From: Moheibacter sp.
Lineage (GTDB): Bacteria > Bacteroidota > Bacteroidia > Flavobacteriales > Weeksellaceae
NCBI GenBank assembly: GCA_047972025.1
Contig: JBKEAG010000034.1
Coordinates: forward strand, 4,626-68,625
Length of the DNA stretch: 64,000 nt
Direction of reading: 5' to 3'
Part shown: in pieces, positions 58,113 to 64,000 of the stretch
Numbering within the stretch: position 1 is the first letter of the stretch
Layout of the letters: each line of letters begins with the position of its first letter
Notes under the pieces: model-generated
What the model saw: the letters and a program-made list of their open reading frames with translations, nothing else
Database searches by the model: none
What the model was told of the DNA's origin: nothing
Made by a program: the position numbers and the translations under genes

Positions 58113-59087
58113 TCACTTCTCTCTTTCCATCACATAGTTAACCATAGTGATAAGTGAGTCTTTGTAGAAACTATCTGGAAATTCGTTTAAAATCTGTAAT
58201 GCTTCCTCACTATATTTTCGCATGGTTTTTTGTGTATATTCAATCCCCCCGTTATCTTTCACAAATTGAATCACTGCTCTAACACGCTTTTTGTTTTTGT
58301 TATATCGTTTTACAGAGTTAATCAACCAATTACGGTCTTTTGGGGAAACATTATTTAAAACATAGATGAGGGGTAATGTCATTTTTTGTTCTTTGATATC
58401 TATTCCCACCGGCTTTCCTATGATATCAGAGCTTGTATAGTCAAACAAATCATCTTTTATCTGAAAGGCAATTCCCACTAATTCTCCAAAGCGGTGCATT
58501 TTCTTACAAACTTCTTCGTTTGCATTTACAGAGCGGGCTCCGGCTTCACAGCAAGCGGCAATGAGTGTTGCCGTTTTCTGACGAATGATTTCAAAATATA
58601 CTTCTTCGGTAATGTCTAACTTCCGTGCTTTTTCAATTTGCAATAATTCACCTTCAGACATTTCTTTTATGGCAACAGAAACAACTTTCAACAAATCAAA
58701 ATCTTCATTTTCAGTAGAAAGAATTAATGTTTTGGAAAGTAAATAATCCCCTACCAGAACTGCTATTTTATTTTTCCAAAGCGCATTAAGTGAAAAAAAT
58801 CCCCGACGCATATCGCTATCATCCACCACATCATCATGCACCAAAGTTGCTGTGTGTATAAGCTCGATTAAAGCTGCAGCACGGTAAGACCTTTCTTGAA
58901 ATTCACCTGTCAGTTTTGCTGTGAGAAATACAAACATAGGGCGCATTTGTTTCCCTTTTCGACGAACAATATAGTGTGTGATTCGGTCTAGCAAAGGCAC
59001 ATTACTCTTCATGGACTGATAAAACTTTGTTTCAAAAAGTTTCATTTCTTCTGCAATCGGAGCTTTTATTTTTTCTACCGTTTTCAT
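58113..59087 (-). CDS. Polyprenyl diphosphate synthase (IspB-like)
   Basis: GKQMRP, LVHDDVVD..RRG, GDYLL, KTA and FQIKDD. Confidence 0.93.
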   Translation of the reverse strand: MKTVEKIKAPIAEEMKLFETKFYQSMKSNVPLLDRITHYIVRRKGKQMRPMFVFLTAKLTGEFQERSYRAAALIELIHTATLVHDDVVDDSDMRRGFFSLNALWKNKIAVLVGDYLLSKTLILSTENEDFDLLKVVSVAIKEMSEGELLQIEKARKLDITEEVYFEIIRQKTATLIAACCEAGARSVNANEEVCKKMHRFGELVGIAFQIKDDLFDYTSSDIIGKPVGIDIKEQKMTLPLIYVLNNVSPKDRNWLINSVKRYNKNKKRVRAVIQFVKDNGGIEYTQKTMRKYSEEALQILNEFPDSFYKDSLITMVNYVMEREK

Positions 59088-59091
59088 CTTA

Positions 59092-60027
59092 TTATTGTGC
59101 TAGAGAATGTATGCACTGTACACTTTGCTCTACGTGAAATGTCTTAAACTTAAAATCTTCGTTACTGTAACAAATAATACTGGGCTTATCCGGCTGAATG
59201 GCAATCCCTTCAATTTGACCTATCTGAGCCGTAAAACCAAGTGGTAAATTAAATTTTTTCACTTTATTGCCAAACAAAATATCACTTTCTTTTTTTGGCA
59301 ATGAAAAACCAGAGATAAAACCAACTCCTTCTTTTGTGTAGCCTATCAAATAAAAACCGTGCGTATTGGAAATTGGATTGGCATCAACCGTAGCCCCTGT
59401 TACTAAATAATTTGTTTTAAATGTTTCTATTTTCTTAGCTAGTTGCTTCCCTGATTTTATTTCCAACGTGTAATGTGTTGTTTTGAAATCTGTCCACTCT
59501 TTGGTAAATAAATGTAACTTTTCATTGTAAAAAAACATGGCTTCACAATCAAAATTGGTAATTCTGTTTCCGGGATTGAAATCTTTTTGTTCGGGATAAG
59601 AAAATTCTATCTTTTTTACCTCTACCTCTACCCTCTCATCATCTGTATTTAGCTTTGATTTTGGAAAGTAATAAACCGCCAAATCTTTTCGTTTCCCCAT
59701 ATTGTTTCCAAATCCACCAATGAAAATGTACTTATCACTTACCGCTAACTCTTCCCAATCTCTGTTATTGGCATTTGTTATTTTTATAGTTTGAATGATT
59801 TCCCCTGATTTTGGGTTTATTTTATACAATTCCGGCTCTCCTCCACTGTCATTCTGTCCCCAATAATAACCGTCTATAATTTCCAATGATGAAATTTCAT
59901 CAATTTTTTCAGGAATTTTCAAGGTTTTAATTTGGTAATTTTCAATACTCAACGTATCAATTTTTGATTGGGCATTTCCTATAAAATATAAAAAGGTTGT
60001 AACACCCAATAAATATGTTTTAATCAT
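59092..60027 (-). CDS. Hypothetical secreted protein (beta-propeller-like)
   Basis: Signal peptide from ATG 60027; EISSL, NDSGG, NRDWEE, FGNN and FDCEA motifs; TACCTTTG box at 60052-60059. Confidence 0.65.
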   Translation of the reverse strand: MIKTYLLGVTTFLYFIGNAQSKIDTLSIENYQIKTLKIPEKIDEISSLEIIDGYYWGQNDSGGEPELYKINPKSGEIIQTIKITNANNRDWEELAVSDKYIFIGGFGNNMGKRKDLAVYYFPKSKLNTDDERVEVEVKKIEFSYPEQKDFNPGNRITNFDCEAMFFYNEKLHLFTKEWTDFKTTHYTLEIKSGKQLAKKIETFKTNYLVTGATVDANPISNTHGFYLIGYTKEGVGFISGFSLPKKESDILFGNKVKKFNLPLGFTAQIGQIEGIAIQPDKPSIICYSNEDFKFKTFHVEQSVQCIHSLAQ

Positions 60028-60067
60028 CTTTTCAAAACTACTTTTGCCATCCAAAGGTATTAAAAAA

Positions 60068-61237
60068 CTACTGAATTTTCTTACATAACAAAATATGCTT
60101 ACCAGAAATGCTCTGTGTGAAAATTAGACTTTGGGCATCACTTTCTTTTAATTTATATTTTTTGCGAATGACTTCTACCGAAGTTGGATAATTTTTGGTC
60201 AAAACATGAAATGATTGATTGGGTAATTTTCGCTTGGCATCTCTTACCTCTTCTAGCATTTCAAAAATCCTTCCCGGAAAGGTTTTTACAAATATGTCTG
60301 ATGTATATAAATGTGTATTATCATGTAATTTTTTCAAATGAAATTCCTGTCCGATTAAGTGAAATGCTCCCGACTTTAAAATAGCAGAATTGGGTTCATA
60401 TATGTATTTTAACGGTGACGAAAATTCTATTTTCATCTGGTTCTTAGCTTCCCATTCAAAAGAAAATTCTGCCTGAGCGGTTTCTAAATTTACACAGTGA
60501 ATGGTCGGTTGATTTTCAACTTCATTATTGCAAATTAGTAAAAGTTCTTTCATTTCATTTTTAACTGCAACCAAATGGATTTGTCTAATGGTTGGAACTT
60601 GTTCTATCACTGCTTTCAAATCAAGTAACGGAGATAGTTTCACCATCACAGTTTTAGTTCTTTGAAAAAATGGATTTATCCACTGTAAAATATCAGGCTC
60701 CAAATCTGATAGAAAATACTTTCGTTGAGAGCCTTTCCTACGAGACGGATCTATATAAATCACATCCCAATTTTCATTTGAACTTAGTTTCCAAAATTCT
60801 TCAAAATCACTTGAAACAACTTGTATGTTTTGAGTATTTAGCACCGTATAATTATACCGAACAATTTCAGCTAACTCTTCATTTCGTTCAACCGAAATTA
60901 CATTTTGAAAGTTCTGTGAAAACGCATAACTATCAATTCCAAAACCTGAAGTTAAATCTACTACCGTATTTCCTGAAATCAATTTGGATTTGTATTGAGC
61001 CGTTATTTGTGACGATGCTTGTTCTAAATTGATGCTCGGTGGATAAAGAATTCTTTCTGTTTTGTAATAATTAGGAAATTTATTTTTGGCAACTTGTAAA
61101 CCTTTTATTTGTTGTGCTAATTCTGCTGAAGAAATTGTTGGAAAAGGTGATTTCTGTAAAGATACCAAACGGATATTTTGGTATTCATTAGCTCGAATAA
61201 ACTGCTGAACGTTCTCTTGTTTTAAATCTAAATTCAA
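60068..61237 (-). CDS. Class I SAM-dependent methyltransferase with C-terminal THUMP-like domain
   Basis: EQASS, VDLTSGFGID, YIDPSRR, KLSPLLD and YEPNSAILKSG. Confidence 0.85.
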   Translation of the reverse strand: MNLDLKQENVQQFIRANEYQNIRLVSLQKSPFPTISSAELAQQIKGLQVAKNKFPNYYKTERILYPPSINLEQASSQITAQYKSKLISGNTVVDLTSGFGIDSYAFSQNFQNVISVERNEELAEIVRYNYTVLNTQNIQVVSSDFEEFWKLSSNENWDVIYIDPSRRKGSQRKYFLSDLEPDILQWINPFFQRTKTVMVKLSPLLDLKAVIEQVPTIRQIHLVAVKNEMKELLLICNNEVENQPTIHCVNLETAQAEFSFEWEAKNQMKIEFSSPLKYIYEPNSAILKSGAFHLIGQEFHLKKLHDNTHLYTSDIFVKTFPGRIFEMLEEVRDAKRKLPNQSFHVLTKNYPTSVEVIRKKYKLKESDAQSLIFTQSISGKHILLCKKIQ

Positions 61238-61279
61238 ATTCTTACTATTATTCCTTAAATTTAATACAAATATATACCT

Positions 61280-61891
61280 ATGAATTTACCTTTTTTTCAA
61301 AGTAAGACTGAAAAAGAACAAAAAACTCAATTAGAGTTTCTAAAAATGGAATACGAAAACACCGACCGATTTATAAAAAAATTCAGTTTAAGACAGTTAA
61401 CTTTTTTATATTATACAATTGCCATTTTTGGTGGAGGATTGTATCTTATAACGGATAATAATGAATTTAAGGTATATAAAATTCTTTATCCTTATTTCAC
61501 ACTTATTGTTTATGGATTATTTCTTTATGATTTTTTAAAAATTTTGACACTACGTGGCTACCAAAAATATTTATCGGAAGAGATTAATAAAATCCTAAAA
61601 AAAGACATTTTAAACACTTCAAACATTACATCAAAGTTCGTTTTAGACATTAGAAATAATTATTACTACCTCATAAACATTTTTTTTTGGATTGCTATAT
61701 TTTATCTAATGCTGTACTATTCTCATGGGGGTGAGGAACATAATTGTATAAGAAAAGGTTGGGGGTGCTTCCATCTTTGTTTACAATTCGCTATTTCAAT
61801 TTTATTTATAGTTTTATTTTGTTCTTTAAGAAATAGAAAAGATAAAGTTTACAATTACCTGAAAAATAAGAATACTACAAATTCTTTGTGA
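61280..61891 (+). CDS. Orphan low-GC membrane protein (about 4 TM)
   Basis: 203-aa ORF with four hydrophobic segments; about 25% GC by hand count; antisense to both neighbours. Confidence 0.65.
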   Translation: MNLPFFQSKTEKEQKTQLEFLKMEYENTDRFIKKFSLRQLTFLYYTIAIFGGGLYLITDNNEFKVYKILYPYFTLIVYGLFLYDFLKILTLRGYQKYLSEEINKILKKDILNTSNITSKFVLDIRNNYYYLINIFFWIAIFYLMLYYSHGGEEHNCIRKGWGCFHLCLQFAISILFIVLFCSLRNRKDKVYNYLKNKNTTNSL

Positions 61892-62972
61892 TACTTTGGA
61901 CAATTTTATACTCTGAGAAAAATTCTTTTAAAACAACTCGTAAAACTGTATAAGCCGGTACTGCTACTGCTACTCCTATCACTCCAAATAAGATTCCTCC
62001 AATCAGAATTACCAGAAAAATTTCCAGTGGGTTGGAACGAACACTTCGGGAGTAAATCAAAGGTTGATTGATAAAATTATCCCAAACATGAGTTAAAATA
62101 TACCAAAACATAATCCATAATACCGTTGGTATAATTTGTGTACGGTAATCTAGTCCTAAACTGTGTAAATCACTCATTGTCAGACTTGCCATAATTACCC
62201 CTCCCAAAAGTGGACCAATGTAAGGTAATGGGTTTAGTAAAGCACATAGCAAAGCAATTACTGCTGCATAATTTATTCCAAATGATAGTAAAATAATGAA
62301 GTAAAAGGTAAACATGATAATCACCTGAAAAGTCAATCCTATAAAGTAACGAGATAGTAAATTTTTGGTAGAATCCAATACGTATTCAAACCTTGACTCT
62401 TCTCCTTTTGGAGCTATGGCTACTATCATTTTATTAATTAAATCTCGGTCTTTCAGAAAGAAAAAGGTAATGAAAACAACTGAAAATGAATCAATAAACA
62501 ATATTCCTAAAGTTGTCAATGAATCACCAAACATACCGGAAAAACTTTTGATGTTTACACTTTTTATAGCATTGCTCAAATAGTTATCTAAAAAAGGAAT
62601 ATTTAAAAAGCCTAGTGAATCAGAAAGTAGATTTATCTGATTACTAATGGCTTCTTCAAATCGGTCTAAGTGCATGAAATTTCCTATCAAACGGTAGGGT
62701 TGGTTGAGTACCAACGAAATAAAAAGACTGATGAATGCCAAGAGTAGCGTCAGAAATAGACTCAACGTTAAGATAGAAGCCACCGTATTGGGAATCCGTA
62801 AGCGATTGTGCATAAAATTCATCAGTGGACGACCAATCATCGCCAGTACAAATGCAATTGCCAAATATGCAAATACCGAACGAATTAACCATAAGAAATA
62901 CAAGGCAATACAAATCAGCGCTGTGATTCCCAATGCTCTTAGTATCCCGTATGATAGCTGTTTTGGTGTCAT
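61875..62972 (-). CDS. AI-2E family transporter
   Basis: FFFLKD, YFIG...Q, LNPLPYIGP, DNFINQPLIYS.SV.SNPL and VAVP. Confidence 0.9.
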   Translation of the reverse strand: MTPKQLSYGILRALGITALICIALYFLWLIRSVFAYLAIAFVLAMIGRPLMNFMHNRLRIPNTVASILTLSLFLTLLLAFISLFISLVLNQPYRLIGNFMHLDRFEEAISNQINLLSDSLGFLNIPFLDNYLSNAIKSVNIKSFSGMFGDSLTTLGILFIDSFSVVFITFFFLKDRDLINKMIVAIAPKGEESRFEYVLDSTKNLLSRYFIGLTFQVIIMFTFYFIILLSFGINYAAVIALLCALLNPLPYIGPLLGGVIMASLTMSDLHSLGLDYRTQIIPTVLWIMFWYILTHVWDNFINQPLIYSRSVRSNPLEIFLVILIGGILFGVIGVAVAVPAYTVLRVVLKEFFSEYKIVQSITKNL

Positions 62973-64000
62973 TCTGTACTTTCTATTTTTTCGGCTAGTC
63001 GTTTTCTAAATATAGGCTGAACCTGTGTCCGAACTTCATTTCTAGGCTGTGTATTTGGAATTGTTTTATCCGTAGGGTTTCTAAATTTATTTACACCTAT
63101 CAGCACTTGTTCACCTTCGTCAAATGCTTGTTGTTCTTTTTCTGCACTTTTTTGGATTCTTTTTTGAATCGTTCCTTCTATTAATCCTTGTAAAAACCCG
63201 CCTTCAGACTCTATTTTTTTGAATAAATCCAATGCGTTTTTAACCATCAATTTTGTAAGATTTTCTACAAAATAAGAACCGGAAACAGGATCTGAAAATT
63301 TATCAAAATAAGATTCTTTTTGAAGTAATAGCTGTTGTTTTGAAGCTAATTCTTCTGAAAAAGCTGTTGTTTCTTTTAACTCATCATAAGGTAGTATTTG
63401 TACGACATCTGCCTTTCCTTGCACTGCAGCAGAAGCCTCTAACCCACTCCTGATGATGTTGTTATGTATGTCTAACAGTGATTTGTTTCGTAAAGATGTT
63501 TCGGCAAAAATATATGTTTCAGCTTTTGAATTGTATTCTGCCAAAATCAAGTTCCACAGTTTTCGCAATGCACGTAATTTGGCAATTTCAAAGAAATAAT
63601 TACTCCCAATTGCTGTTTTGAAATATAGTTTTTCTGCAATTTCAATTCCTAATTTCTCAATGTATTCAACACCGTGCGAAAGTGCAATAGCAATCTGTTG
63701 CACGTGGTTTGCTCCTGCATTTTGATAGAGGGAAGCATTTATTTCCACACATTTTTCAAAGGGTTGTTTGTCTAAATTTTGAATAAATTCTAAATCTTCC
63801 TTTTGTGATTGGTACCAATTTCCTGTTTCTGCAAAATGTCCCAAAACATCTAAATTCAAATATTTTAAATTATTGAGTTTGGAAATATCTATTTTTGATA
63901 ATAATTCAAACGGATTATCACTTTTGAAAAATAAGTCCAAATGAGTAGGAAGTTGCAATGATGATTCCACATATTCATCAGAAATAGTTAACCCATATAA
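62969..64000 (-). CDS. Methylmalonyl-CoA mutase family protein (small/beta subunit), C-terminal part; frame open to the window edge
   Basis: YQNAGA, FFEIAKLRALRKLW, NIIR, DPVSGSYFVE.LT and IGVNKF; no C-terminal B12-binding DxHxxG domain. Confidence 0.85.
   Translation of the reverse strand, partial: LYGLTISDEYVESSLQLPTHLDLFFKSDNPFELLSKIDISKLNNLKYLNLDVLGHFAETGNWYQSQKEDLEFIQNLDKQPFEKCVEINASLYQNAGANHVQQIAIALSHGVEYIEKLGIEIAEKLYFKTAIGSNYFFEIAKLRALRKLWNLILAEYNSKAETYIFAETSLRNKSLLDIHNNIIRSGLEASAAVQGKADVVQILPYDELKETTAFSEELASKQQLLLQKESYFDKFSDPVSGSYFVENLTKLMVKNALDLFKKIESEGGFLQGLIEGTIQKRIQKSAEKEQQAFDEGEQVLIGVNKFRNPTDKTIPNTQPRNEVRTQVQPIFRKRLAEKIESTE

Noticed and set aside
2708..63009. Numerous 60-120 aa ORFs antisense or out of frame within long genes
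   Set aside because: Shadow ORFs of well-supported CDSs with no recognisable motifs or expression signals.
1..64000. CRISPR arrays, tRNA/rRNA genes, transposases, integrases, prophage genes
   Set aside because: None recognised by eye in the intergenic regions or the ORF set.

Overview
AT-rich bacterial chromosome segment from Bacteroidota, Flavobacteriales (probably Weeksellaceae-like), judged from gldF/gldG, TAnnTTTG -7 promoters and SD-less A-rich start regions. Most of it is housekeeping: a dispersed de novo purine gene set (purH, N, M, A, B, L, C, F), an acyl/propionyl-CoA carboxylase trio, lat, lpxD, fumC, a MarR-led beta-oxidation operon, a GH31-glgB-glgA-glgC glycogen operon, holA, a polyprenyl synthetase and a partial methylmalonyl-CoA mutase subunit. 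I saw no tRNA, rRNA, CRISPR array or transposase. Four items stand out. (1) An 8-gene operon (265-9031) with four different ATP-dependent carboxylate-amine ligases, a class I glutamine amidotransferase, two esterases (one with an alpha-glucan-binding-like domain) and an M17 peptidase; this is a candidate uncharacterised non-ribosomal peptide or polymer system. (2) An unannotated ~95-nt putative sRNA with a consensus sigma54 promoter and its own terminator (42880-42973, minus strand) that displays UUUUCAU, the complement of AUGAAAA. (3) A guanine riboswitch before purL whose expression platform appears to sequester the start codon. (4) A four-helix-bundle gene bracketed by mutually complementary heptamer arrays, plus a decayed second copy between purN and purH. 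All functional calls come from motif recognition by eye; no database searches were run.
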